DNA from: Candidatus Bruticola sp.
GTDB taxonomy: Bacteria > Vulcanimicrobiota > Xenobia > Xenobiales > Xenobiaceae
Length of the DNA: 64,000 bases
Direction of reading: 5' to 3'
Assembly: GCA_051874695.1 (NCBI GenBank)
Contig: JBJEGC010000027.1
Coordinates: 18,582 to 82,581, forward strand
In this document: one piece after another, positions 26,765-35,597 of the stretch
Numbering within the stretch: the first letter of the stretch is position 1
How the letters are laid out: each line of letters starts with the position of its first letter
Made by a program: the position numbers and the translations under genes
The notes under the pieces: generated by a model
What the model saw: the letters and a program-made list of their open reading frames with translations, nothing else
Told to the model about the DNA's origin: nothing
The model's database searches: none

Positions 26765-28222
26765 TTAGAAATGAAGGTTCTTTTCTCGGGAGCAGGTCTC
26801 TTTGGTTCTGGTTACTGATGGAACCGCAGAGTTAGCTGTTTCTTTGTCTTTCTTGGCATAACTGCTGTGCTTAGAAGATCTTTTCCAGTTGCGCCCGTTT
26901 CGGTCGGTTAAGGGAATAACTACTTCTTCAACTACAGAAGCCTTGAAGTCTATGGAGAGCTCTAACAAGCAAGCGTATTGATGGCCGTCAACTCGTTTGG
27001 AAATTTCTACTTGTTGACCTGGTGCCAAAGGATTTATTAGATAATCTTCCACTACTTCCCAGTGGGACCCCCGCTTGCTGCTTTTAACCATAAATTTGAC
27101 CATGAACGGCTTTTGAACGGCCAATTCACCTGTATTGCGGATGACTGCCTTTATTTCGTAAGCAGTGGCAAAGAACGACATTTGGCGCAGAACATCGAAT
27201 TCTACTATTTCCGGGGTGGCCGGCTTGGGCTTTACTTTAGTGCTGTTGGTGGTTGAACGGTTTGAAGTATTCTCAGTTGGTAAGTTGTCTGAGGCAGAAG
27301 GGGCAGCCTGAGAGTAGCTGATAACGGCTGGTTGAGGCTGTTGCTGCAAACCTGGGTTTCCAACACCGGCCGAGGTCGCTCCGTTTACGCCCGAAGCCAT
27401 GCCGTACATCTGACTTAAGCCTGAAGGATAGCGCAGTCCGGTATTACTCTGCATGGCTGACAATTCATCGATGGTGCGTGGCTGTTCGGTAGTAATCTGG
27501 CGCGAACCTACATTAGTTACCGAAACTACCGGACGCTCATAAGGAGAGCTTTTGGCATTTTTACTGCTTAAACCGCCCAAACCGGCTTCGGGAAAAGCTT
27601 TGTTATCCATGGCATCGGGAGCAGATAGCGTGGGAGACGAACTTCCTGTATTAGGTAAAGATTCTAAAGGGGGCATACCGAAAACGTTGCCACCGCTCTG
27701 TATACTACTAAGGTAGGCACTTTTGGCGCTAACTCTGCTGTTTAAGCTGGGCAGAGGAACTGAACTTATAGCGGTAGTGCCGCTGCCGTTTCCGGTGTCG
27801 GTTTTTACTAAAATTTGCTGTCCGCTGTTAGTTGTTTGGGCTTTAATAATAGAGCAAATTTCGTTGAGCTGAACGACCAAGTCGTTTTCGTAAAGTCCTG
27901 AAGGAGACATGGAAATTTGTTGGCCGTTATAAATGCAGTAAGGCTGGCCCACAATAATGGTGAGCATAGAAGCGGACCAGGAAGCTTCTAACTTTTGGCC
28001 GTCAAATTCAACTGAAGCGCCTGTAGCTTTGAGCAAAGGAGAGGCTTTTACGGCTATGTCTTGGCCTGTAGAGCCGATTACGGCTGAGCGCGCCAAAGGA
28101 GTGCCGTTCACCAGCACATCGGGATTGATCTGAGCTTGCTGAGAAAACGCCGTGCTGCTGAGCATAAACAGCAGCACCAAGCAGAGAAGCGGCCAACCTA
28201 GCCGCCGGTAATGATTATGCAT
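26765..28222 (-). CDS. Secreted protein: Cu-amine-oxidase-N-like domain, low-complexity linker, CARDB-like Ig domain
   Basis: Signal peptide, LLKATGASVEFD, Ser/Gln/Pro-rich middle, IKAVIRNTG...FMVKF...PLAPGQ. Confidence 0.65.
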   Translation of the reverse strand: MHNHYRRLGWPLLCLVLLFMLSSTAFSQQAQINPDVLVNGTPLARSAVIGSTGQDIAVKASPLLKATGASVEFDGQKLEASWSASMLTIIVGQPYCIYNGQQISMSPSGLYENDLVVQLNEICSIIKAQTTNSGQQILVKTDTGNGSGTTAISSVPLPSLNSRVSAKSAYLSSIQSGGNVFGMPPLESLPNTGSSSPTLSAPDAMDNKAFPEAGLGGLSSKNAKSSPYERPVVSVTNVGSRQITTEQPRTIDELSAMQSNTGLRYPSGLSQMYGMASGVNGATSAGVGNPGLQQQPQPAVISYSQAAPSASDNLPTENTSNRSTTNSTKVKPKPATPEIVEFDVLRQMSFFATAYEIKAVIRNTGELAVQKPFMVKFMVKSSKRGSHWEVVEDYLINPLAPGQQVEISKRVDGHQYACLLELSIDFKASVVEEVVIPLTDRNGRNWKRSSKHSSYAKKDKETANSAVPSVTRTKETCSREKNLHF

Positions 28223-28335
28223 GATAAATAAACTCCTGAGTAAATTCCGGACTGCTTAGAGGGAGAGGCGTTTCCCTTCTAAAGTTCGTGTGAAATAGCC
28301 GCAGCATAAAAATTTTAGCAGAAAAGGAGCCGTTT

Positions 28336-29472
28336 TTACAGTGTGGCATGGCGGGAAAGGCTACTTAGAGAAGCACTGAGTACCAGATCTGCTAAAGTTA
28401 TGGCCAGCATGGCTTCCACTACAGGCACAGCCCGTATGGCTACACAAGGATCGTGGCGTCCTTTAATGCGTATTTTGCATGGCTGTAAATCGGTGTTTAA
28501 AGTTTCCTGTTCGGCGCCGATGCTGGGAGTAGGTTTGAAGGATACGCGTCCCCAAATGATGCCTCCCGCTGATATTCCTCCCCAAATGCCTCCCTGATTG
28601 TATGTTTTCGGTACAACATGGCCCTGGCGGCAAATAAGCGTGTCGTTGGCTTCGGTACCGCTCATAGAGCTCATTTTGAAACCTTCTCCTATTTCTATCC
28701 CTTTAGCGGCGGGCAATGAAATCAGCGCTGAGGCTAAGCGGGCGTCCAATCTGTCAAATACGGGATCGCCTATTCCGGCCGGCAAACCGCGCACCGCAAA
28801 CACTAGAGAAGCTCCCCAAGAGTTATGCTCTTTTCTAGCTCGGTCTAAAAGGTTCTGCAGCTGTGGTTCGGCTTGTCGATCGGGACAGCGGGCCCAACTT
28901 GAGTATATATCTTGGCGGCTTAAATTGTTTAAATAATCTTCAAATTGCCCGTTCTGATATTGCAGCCTATATGGGCCCAGTTGTTCAAGCCATACAGCAA
29001 TACTAAAAGGAGCTTCTCCTTTGGTGCGGGGGAGCCATTGGCGCAGCATTTGTTCGGCCAGGGCCCCGGCTATGACTCGGCCTATAGTTTCTCGGCCGCT
29101 GGAGCGGCCGCCTCCGCGCCAGTCCCGCCAGCCGTATTTGGCCTGCCAAGTGTAATCTCCGTGGGAAGGTCGGTAAACAGAGGCTAGTTCTGCATAATCT
29201 TGGGAGTGTTGTCCCTGATTGCGCACTATTGCGGCAATAGGAGTACCCAGAGCTCGTCCTTCAAACACGCCGGATAAAATTTCTACGCTGTCTTTTTCCT
29301 GGCGCGTTGTCGTATTTTTTTGGCCGGGACGTCTTCTGTTCAGCCATTGCTGCACTTCTTCTAAATTTATAATAGTTTGAGCCGGCATGCCGTCTACAAC
29401 TACTCCGCAGGCTGGTCCGTGCGATTCCCCAAAAGTGGCAACTTGGAATATTTTTCCCCAAATACTGCCCAT
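28336..29472 (-). CDS. aroC: Chorismate synthase
   Basis: TFGESHG, RRRPG, RPSHGD, GGGRSSGRET, FKPTPSI and GRHDPC motifs. Confidence 0.97.
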   Translation of the reverse strand: MGSIWGKIFQVATFGESHGPACGVVVDGMPAQTIINLEEVQQWLNRRRPGQKNTTTRQEKDSVEILSGVFEGRALGTPIAAIVRNQGQHSQDYAELASVYRPSHGDYTWQAKYGWRDWRGGGRSSGRETIGRVIAGALAEQMLRQWLPRTKGEAPFSIAVWLEQLGPYRLQYQNGQFEDYLNNLSRQDIYSSWARCPDRQAEPQLQNLLDRARKEHNSWGASLVFAVRGLPAGIGDPVFDRLDARLASALISLPAAKGIEIGEGFKMSSMSGTEANDTLICRQGHVVPKTYNQGGIWGGISAGGIIWGRVSFKPTPSIGAEQETLNTDLQPCKIRIKGRHDPCVAIRAVPVVEAMLAITLADLVLSASLSSLSRHATL

Positions 29473-29701
29473 TTTTTCTCCTTTTCCCAATAGGTGCGTT
29501 CCGGTTAAACTTATTTTTCGTTTGTTTGCTGTTAGGGCCTCTTTGCCTTTTCGCTTTAGGACGGGCAGGAAGGCGGGCCTGGAGGAGTGAATATCAGAGG
29601 TCTATGCGAAGGGACGCTTTCTGACTGTTTTTTTGTATATGACGCCTGAAACGACGTCCAACATTTCAGTTTTTATGAGTCCTAAGAGGTTGTAAACGGT
29701 A

Positions 29702-30139
29702 GTGGCTAAACAAAAAGAGAATTTACCTGTAGGTTTTTTGGTTACAGTGCTTAGTAGCGATGAATGCCGCCTATGTGCTTTGGAAGTTCGTTGTGCCAAT
29801 GAAGCTCAAAAAATTGAGGAATTGAGAGAACTGGCTCGTCAGGCTTGCCAAATGGCTCTGACAGATCCTAATATTTTGTACCTCGATCGCAGGCAGATTC
29901 CCTGGGAGGAAATTCGCCGCCGCGAACGCAGCGTCACTTCCAGCGTAGCCAGTGAATGCTCAGACTACTCCAAGATAGAGGAACAAGTGCTTTCCCTTAT
30001 GAGTAAGTGGTACGGGGAGGTTTGTCTTATGGAGCATGAACTTACAGACAAAGCTAACTTTGGTTTGCGTTTGGCCAGGCTAAACAAAGAACATGGTCTG
30101 GAGGCCTCTTTTACCAATCTCGTTATAGTACAGGCTTAA
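29702..30139 (+). CDS. Truncated, divergent elongation factor Ts-like protein
   Basis: LEVRC...LRELARQAC...PNILYLDRRQIPWEEIRRRE...SKIEEQ...KWYGEVCLMEH matches the layout of the short-type EF-Ts core. Confidence 0.6.
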   Translation: MAKQKENLPVGFLVTVLSSDECRLCALEVRCANEAQKIEELRELARQACQMALTDPNILYLDRRQIPWEEIRRRERSVTSSVASECSDYSKIEEQVLSLMSKWYGEVCLMEHELTDKANFGLRLARLNKEHGLEASFTNLVIVQA

Positions 30140-30141
30140 TA

Positions 30142-30163
30142 TTTCGGTCTTATAGGACCGAAA
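30142..30163. terminator. Hairpin immediately after the EF-Ts-like gene
   Basis: TTTCGGTC-TTATAG-GACCGAAA. No U tract on the + strand. Confidence 0.35.
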
Positions 30164-30515
30164 GGTAACACCGCCTGCTTGCTGGCAACCAAAAGAAAAA
30201 GAGAAACTACTTCTGAACAGCGGTCATTTGTTAAAGTTTTGTCTGTTTTTTTTGTTGTCTGTAGGCTGCCCATTTGATAAAATGACTACGATACCGTGCG
30301 GCGTGCGGAGAACTCTGTTGAGTCTATTTGACGAATTAATTCAGCCGTTTTCGGGTTTGTCGTTGGCAAACTCCTTAGTTTTGCCTCTAAATTAGAAGCA
30401 AAGAGTCCGGCAGCGTTATCTTCACAAGTTGACTCCCGTTTTTCGCGGCAGTTCCTGAGGGTCGTGCAGTTTCATTGGCGCGGTGTTCTAATTTTTTTGA
30501 AGGGCGTTTTATATA

Positions 30516-31115
30516 ATGTCTATAAATTCCGTCAACTCTTTTGCTGGTACTTACAGTGCTTCCGCTCCTGTATGTAGCAAGGAGCAGACCAATGGCGAAG
30601 CTGCCGCAATTCAAGCAGAGCCGCAGGAAATGTTCGCTCTAAGTGAAGAGGGCAGCGATCCTATTCCTCAAAAACCCAATTTCGCTACTCGTGCAGTCCG
30701 CAATGTAGCCGGCGTAGTGACCGGTGCTATCGGAGCCGCCGCCGGAGCTACTAAAGGCGGTTTAGTCGGTGCTGCTGAGGGCAAGGTTAGCTTATCTCAC
30801 GATGCCAAAGTTGTTTTGCAGACTATTGGCGCTTCTGCTGGTTTAGTTGCAGGCTTAGCTGTCACTGGCGCAGTGGGTGGCCCGATCGCCCTGGTTGGCG
30901 GTTTGATTGCCGGTCCTTTGGTAGGCTCAATGGCCGGTGGAGTGGTAGGCGGTGCCGTTGAAGGGCTCGGATCTGCCTTGGTAGGTGCTGGTCCTGGTGC
31001 CGTTAGAGGTGCCAAGAAGGGCTTCGATATTGGTCGTACCGTAATTGACAAGATTGTGGCTAAAGATACCCCCGCTCCCCAAGACACCGATCAAACCAAG
31101 TCTGTCAGTAAATAG
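30516..31115 (+). CDS. Glycine-zipper (GxxxG repeat) membrane protein
   Basis: Ser/Asn-rich N-terminus, then about 120 aa of Gly/Ala/Val GxxxG repeats; has its own terminator. Confidence 0.8.
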   Translation: MSINSVNSFAGTYSASAPVCSKEQTNGEAAAIQAEPQEMFALSEEGSDPIPQKPNFATRAVRNVAGVVTGAIGAAAGATKGGLVGAAEGKVSLSHDAKVVLQTIGASAGLVAGLAVTGAVGGPIALVGGLIAGPLVGSMAGGVVGGAVEGLGSALVGAGPGAVRGAKKGFDIGRTVIDKIVAKDTPAPQDTDQTKSVSK

Positions 31116-31152
31116 GGCAGCGCTGTAGAAGTTTTTTTATTTGCAAATTTAT

Positions 31153-31187
31153 AAAGTCCCCCGACCGTTAGGCGAGGGACTTTTTTT
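31153..31187. terminator. Rho-independent terminator
   Basis: AAAGTCCC...GGGACTTTTTTT. Confidence 0.75.
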
Positions 31188-31255
31188 GTCGAAGTTTCGC
31201 TATTTTATTAGCTTATAATGTCGCTGTGTCATATTCTTTGCGACATTTTTAGCCT

Positions 31256-33112
31256 TTAGTTTGGCCCTACTTTATCGGTACCGTTAACAGATTCGGTTTC
31301 ATTAATAGATTCGGTGTTGTTAACAGATTCAAGTTTAGTTTTTAAAGCTTCGATGAACTTCTTTTCCTCGGGTTGCAGTTCCAAGCTATAGGCTTTATTG
31401 AACATAGCCAGGCTCTCTGCAATATGGTTTTTTTCCAGATAAAGTTGGCCCAGCACCAAGTATGGATATCCGTCTTGTGGGGCTTCTGCCGTCAAAGAAT
31501 TTATAGCCTGCTGCAGAGAGTCACTGTGGCTGCACTTGAAGGCACCGCGCATCCATTGAATTTTCAGCAGATAGCTGTCGGGTAGTCGATTGGCCAAAAA
31601 AGCAGCCGTGCTGTCCAGTTCTTCCCAAAGACGTTGATCGCTGCAAAATTGACAAATAGCTTCCGCCATAAAGTTGGGTAGAGGAGAAGACAAACGCTTC
31701 AGCTCTTTAGCGGCTGCAGGGCTTTGCATAGTAAAAATGTTCAAGAAGGCTTTGGCTTTTATAACGGCTTGGTGCTGCTCGGGCAATTGACCGAGCAAAT
31801 AGTCGGCCTCTTGCCAATTGTATTGAAAAATTGCCTGCCACGCCCGCATCATTTGGGCTGCCGGTTCTTTCATTTGGTTTAAATCTTGTATTTCGTTTTC
31901 GGTTAAGCGGTATTGACGAATCCATAACTCAGCTTTGTCGAGATTTTGAGGTTCGGTTTGTATTGACTGTTTGATTGTGGGCCAGTCTTGAACGTTTGAG
32001 AATGATGCTGTCGGTTCGGTTGGAGTTATGTTTTTGAAAGACGAAGCCAAACCGAGGTGGCTTCGCTGTTCGACCAGGTTGCTTTGGTAGTCAAGTATTT
32101 TGTGGCTGGCCTCGGCCTGCAGTGCTTCTGAAGACCACAAAGAGCCGTTAAGTTTGGTCGGAAGCAGAGTGGAGCCATCAGCTAAAGGCTCTTCCGAGGC
32201 TTGAACTCCTTTGCTGTCGTCGCCTATATACCAAACTATCAAGTTAGGATCGGTTTTGGCAAAACAGCTTTGGCGAGTGTAAGAATAGCGTCCCTGAGCC
32301 GGGTCGATGGGAACATATCCTAAGCTAGGACAGAAAACTTCGCACCAGGAGTGGGTCGCTCGTCCTTGAGGTTCGGAGGTACTCAAAAGCAATCCGCCGC
32401 TGATTCTGACTTTGAATCCGTTTAGTTGCAGCAGTTTGGCGGTAAGTAGGGCTGCATCGGCACATTGCAGACGCCGCTCTTTCAGCATGGAAGAGAAAGA
32501 AGTTTTGGCCTTATCCGAACCGTAGCTGAAGCCGGTGCGCATAAAATCGTAAACGGATATCAGCTTATACAGAACTGACTGCTGGCTTCCTATGGCTTTA
32601 GTGGCCAGTTTCTGTAGTTCTTCTTCGGCAGGCGAACTTGCTGCCAAAACTTCTTGCCAATAATCTGTTTTCAAGGGGTGGCATTCTACCGTTTTCTTGG
32701 CTGCTTTGGCCCAGTCTGTACGGCTGAAATTGTAAACTATGGCTTCGTTTTTTAGTATGGCCTGCTGATTAACTGTAAAATTTTCTCCCGGCTGTACTGT
32801 GAGTTTATCGTAGTGGGCGTAAGAGTTGCCAAATTCGTCGCGGCTCTGTCTGTCTGGCTTAGGAGTTAAGCTGAAATCGATAACCTCTTGTCTGGAGGGT
32901 CTGTTTTGCAAAAGGGGAATTTTTAAGGAGGCTCGGCAGGGATAGGTGTGTAAGTTCTTATAGCTTACGGTTAAAGTAATGCTGCGTTTAATACTTTCGC
33001 AATCTTCTATGGCTGGCAGCTGCGGAGTTTCTGACAGGTTATAAGTCATTCGGTAACCTGCCAGGCAGATCAGGGCAATTATAACGAATGTCAAAAACAA
33101 TTTACGAATCAT
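31256..33112 (-). CDS. Membrane-anchored transglutaminase-like protein with C-terminal TPR repeats
   Basis: N-terminal TM, D.FGN, and the catalytic triad motifs QCADAA / HSWCEV / PIDP. TPR-like PYLVLGQLYL...AMFNKAYSL. Probable start ATG 33112. Confidence 0.85.
   Translation of the reverse strand: MIRKLFLTFVIIALICLAGYRMTYNLSETPQLPAIEDCESIKRSITLTVSYKNLHTYPCRASLKIPLLQNRPSRQEVIDFSLTPKPDRQSRDEFGNSYAHYDKLTVQPGENFTVNQQAILKNEAIVYNFSRTDWAKAAKKTVECHPLKTDYWQEVLAASSPAEEELQKLATKAIGSQQSVLYKLISVYDFMRTGFSYGSDKAKTSFSSMLKERRLQCADAALLTAKLLQLNGFKVRISGGLLLSTSEPQGRATHSWCEVFCPSLGYVPIDPAQGRYSYTRQSCFAKTDPNLIVWYIGDDSKGVQASEEPLADGSTLLPTKLNGSLWSSEALQAEASHKILDYQSNLVEQRSHLGLASSFKNITPTEPTASFSNVQDWPTIKQSIQTEPQNLDKAELWIRQYRLTENEIQDLNQMKEPAAQMMRAWQAIFQYNWQEADYLLGQLPEQHQAVIKAKAFLNIFTMQSPAAAKELKRLSSPLPNFMAEAICQFCSDQRLWEELDSTAAFLANRLPDSYLLKIQWMRGAFKCSHSDSLQQAINSLTAEAPQDGYPYLVLGQLYLEKNHIAESLAMFNKAYSLELQPEEKKFIEALKTKLESVNNTESINETESVNGTDKVGPN
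31275..31330. repeat. Imperfect 18-bp tandem repeat (about 3 copies) encoding ESVNNT/ESINET/ESVNGT
   Basis: TTAACAGATTCGGTTTCA / TTAATAGATTCGGTGTTG / TTAACAGATTC. Confidence 0.7.
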
Positions 33113-33237
33113 TGTGTATCTGCTTTTGTGTTTAAGGTTGCCCTTTAGTCTAGCATAAAAAACGGCAAATTTGCCAAAATTAGAGGAAGCAGAGTACTTT
33201 GAGCTGAAGGCTGGGGCTCGTTTCCGGAGGAATAATT

Positions 33238-34119
33238 GTGAAATATTATTACTATTCTGCTGTAATAGCTGCGCTTTGGGCAGTAGCAACTGTTTGTCTT
33301 CCCTCTTTTGCTGCCGATGAAGGTACGGCGGTAAGCCCCACCAGCAAGAGTCATACCGGTGTAGATTCTGTAAGTATTTCCAAAGTTACACCGCGCACTT
33401 CAGCCGATGTGCCGCAGAATTGCCAATTACCTGTAGTTCTTCTGGCCGATTATCAGTTGCAGTCATCAAGCAGCGGTTTAATTAAAACTAGAGCTTTTAT
33501 CTGGTCGCCCAAGGATAAAAGTGGCTCCGGTTATAAAAAAGGACTTCGCCCTATTTCTGCCGTTATGCAGGCAGCAGTTAAAAAGGGCAGCGGAAGCGTA
33601 AAAGTAGCTTTCCCTCCCTTGGCTATGCCCGTTAAAGCCGATCCTCAAACTCAGTTAGTTATTGTATCCAGTTTACAAAATAGTGCTCAGAAAGAAGTGG
33701 CCTGGGGAAGCACTTACAACTTTGTGCGCGGCTCTATGATGTTAGCTAAGACTGCCGATAAAAGTCCGCGTTCAGCTATTACCGTTCTAGATTTCTCTCC
33801 CAAAGTAGGCACCCTTACGGTGGGCAAAACTCAAGAGTTTACCTATAAGTTCCAGTATAGCCTCAAAGATCAAGATTACGGCTTTGTCAACTTTGAATTG
33901 AAGAACGCTATGGATAGCTTTGAAACTAGCCCCTGGTACTGTGCGGCTGTGCCAGTTCCCAAAGGAGCAGGGGTTGTAAAGTATGTGTCCAGTAAATACT
34001 TTTTTCCGTACATGTATAAGTTTTATAAGATGCGTTTAGGCGTTTTATATCGTACCGAACCCTTAGGAGGTACGGTTGACGCCTTGTTTTACGGTGACTG
34101 GCAGCTTGCTTCTAACTAA
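33238..34119 (+). CDS. Secreted hypothetical beta-rich protein
   Basis: GGAGG RBS before GTG, signal peptide (SFA-AD), 293 aa. Confidence 0.8.
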   Translation: MKYYYYSAVIAALWAVATVCLPSFAADEGTAVSPTSKSHTGVDSVSISKVTPRTSADVPQNCQLPVVLLADYQLQSSSSGLIKTRAFIWSPKDKSGSGYKKGLRPISAVMQAAVKKGSGSVKVAFPPLAMPVKADPQTQLVIVSSLQNSAQKEVAWGSTYNFVRGSMMLAKTADKSPRSAITVLDFSPKVGTLTVGKTQEFTYKFQYSLKDQDYGFVNFELKNAMDSFETSPWYCAAVPVPKGAGVVKYVSSKYFFPYMYKFYKMRLGVLYRTEPLGGTVDALFYGDWQLASN

Positions 34120-34196
34120 AATATATTGAAATTTAGCTTCGCTTTTGTTACTATGCAATCAAATATATCTTTCTTTGTATTTTGGGAGGAAAGAGC

Positions 34197-34847
34197 ATGA
34201 ACATAGCCTTCGTTTTAAATTCTGCCGTGCTTTCTGCTGCTTGGCCTTCATTCAGCGATCGTATCGAACGAAAAGGTGAGGGCAGTGCTTGTCAGCTCGA
34301 TGGCGGGATTTTGCTGAATGTCGCCGCTGAAAAAGCTCTTTCTAAAGAAGTTAAGGCTGCCGATCAGTTAAAATATTCCGATTTGGTTCTTCCTGAAACC
34401 AGTTTTCATGTTCAGTCTGTCAGTTTGGTGCCCTCTATGCGTTCCAGAGTGAGTAAGGCTTTGCGCAATTTAGTAGACGGTTTTGAGTTGCCCCTTATGA
34501 GGCGTAGCGCCGTCTGGTCGGGGTGTTTCGCTGTACTGGCTTCCGTAATTCTGAGCGGCAGTCAGCCCGTCAGTGCCGAAACTATTCCCGTGTGTTCCAA
34601 GACCGCTGTTCAGTCTGTCAGTCCTATTCAAGGGCTGTTGGCTGCTACCGAGGTAGACCCTGTCAACCATGCTTTGCGCTTAGGCAGTGCTTGGGGATCC
34701 TATGCCGATGCAGATACCAGCCATACCAATATTCCTGCTCAGCATATCAATTTGCCTAACGGACAGCACAGCAACAGTTCTCACCTTCCGTTAGGAAACA
34801 AAGGACATACTCCTCAGGTTCCTCCGGTTACCGGAGCCGGAGTATAG
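34197..34847 (+). CDS. Putative RiPP precursor 1 (HxN repeats)
   Basis: GGAGG RBS before ATG 34197. Internal hydrophobic segment ending PVSA. C-terminal HTN, HIN and HSN. Confidence 0.6.
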   Translation: MNIAFVLNSAVLSAAWPSFSDRIERKGEGSACQLDGGILLNVAAEKALSKEVKAADQLKYSDLVLPETSFHVQSVSLVPSMRSRVSKALRNLVDGFELPLMRRSAVWSGCFAVLASVILSGSQPVSAETIPVCSKTAVQSVSPIQGLLAATEVDPVNHALRLGSAWGSYADADTSHTNIPAQHINLPNGQHSNSSHLPLGNKGHTPQVPPVTGAGV

Positions 34848-34912
34848 TCAAGCAACTGCTAAAAATAATACCAGGCTAATGCAGCCGCTCCATTTTCAGA
34901 AAGGCTATTTTT

Positions 34913-35470
34913 ATGAGACGATACAGGGTTGCCTTAGAGAAGGGAACTGAACTAAATAAAGAGTCGGAATATCTTCTGGAAAACCGCAATCGAGCTGTTA
35001 AGGTCAATTTGCTTTCCCGCTCTGGCTCCGATGGTCACGGCTTCGAGCTCTCCTTAATTTCTTCCAAGTGTTCTAAGTTGGCTGCTTGTGCTGCGGCGGT
35101 AGGGGCTGTTATTGCCGGTCCCGCTTTGCCAGCTGAGGCCGCTTCCTTTACGGTTTTGCCCGGTGCTCCGGCTCAGGCAGTTTCTTTGCACGAGTGTTTT
35201 GCCTATTCGGCGCTGCGCCCGTCTGGCAAGGAAATTGTTCTCGATAGTGCCGTTAAACTTGAGGCTCCTGTAGGCTTGCAGATTGCCCAGGCCAGTTATC
35301 ACACTAACGGCTCTACCCATGTGAACCAAACTCCTGTTCCGCACACTAATAGCGCCTGGAGCAATCACAGCAACACGGGCGGCCACTCTAATGGTGACTG
35401 GGCCAACCATGGTAATACCGCTTCCGGTACCGGCCATGTAAACTTAGTTCACGGCGATTTCTTATTCTAG
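34913..35470 (+). CDS. Putative RiPP precursor 2 (His/Trp-x-Asn repeats)
   Basis: C-terminal HTN, HVN, HTN, WSN, HSN, HSN, WAN, HGN, HVN, HGD. Shares the GFELxL motif and hydrophobic segment with the upstream gene. Confidence 0.7.
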   Translation: MRRYRVALEKGTELNKESEYLLENRNRAVKVNLLSRSGSDGHGFELSLISSKCSKLAACAAAVGAVIAGPALPAEAASFTVLPGAPAQAVSLHECFAYSALRPSGKEIVLDSAVKLEAPVGLQIAQASYHTNGSTHVNQTPVPHTNSAWSNHSNTGGHSNGDWANHGNTASGTGHVNLVHGDFLF

Positions 35471-35499
35471 GTTGCCGTCCATTTTAACGTAGTTTTTCG

Positions 35500-35532
35500 G
35501 GCTCGGCTCATACGGCTGAGCCGCCTTTTTTT
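35500..35532 (+). terminator. Terminator/stabilising hairpin between the precursor genes and the SPASM gene
   Basis: GGCTCGGC-TCATACG-GCTGAGCC followed by GCC and T7. Confidence 0.65.
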
Positions 35533-35597
35533 ATGCCTCTTCAGTCGGCCTCCCGTACTTTTTTTTCGTCCGATGCAGAGGCCGCGGAGGTTTTTCT

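Noticed and set aside
30364-30415. GGCAAAC...GAAGCAAAG...CCGG resembling a c-di-GMP-I riboswitch upstream of the glycine-zipper gene
   Set aside because: No GNRA-capped P2 stem and no GACGCAAA/CTAA core. GGCAAAC instead pairs locally with GTTTTGCC.
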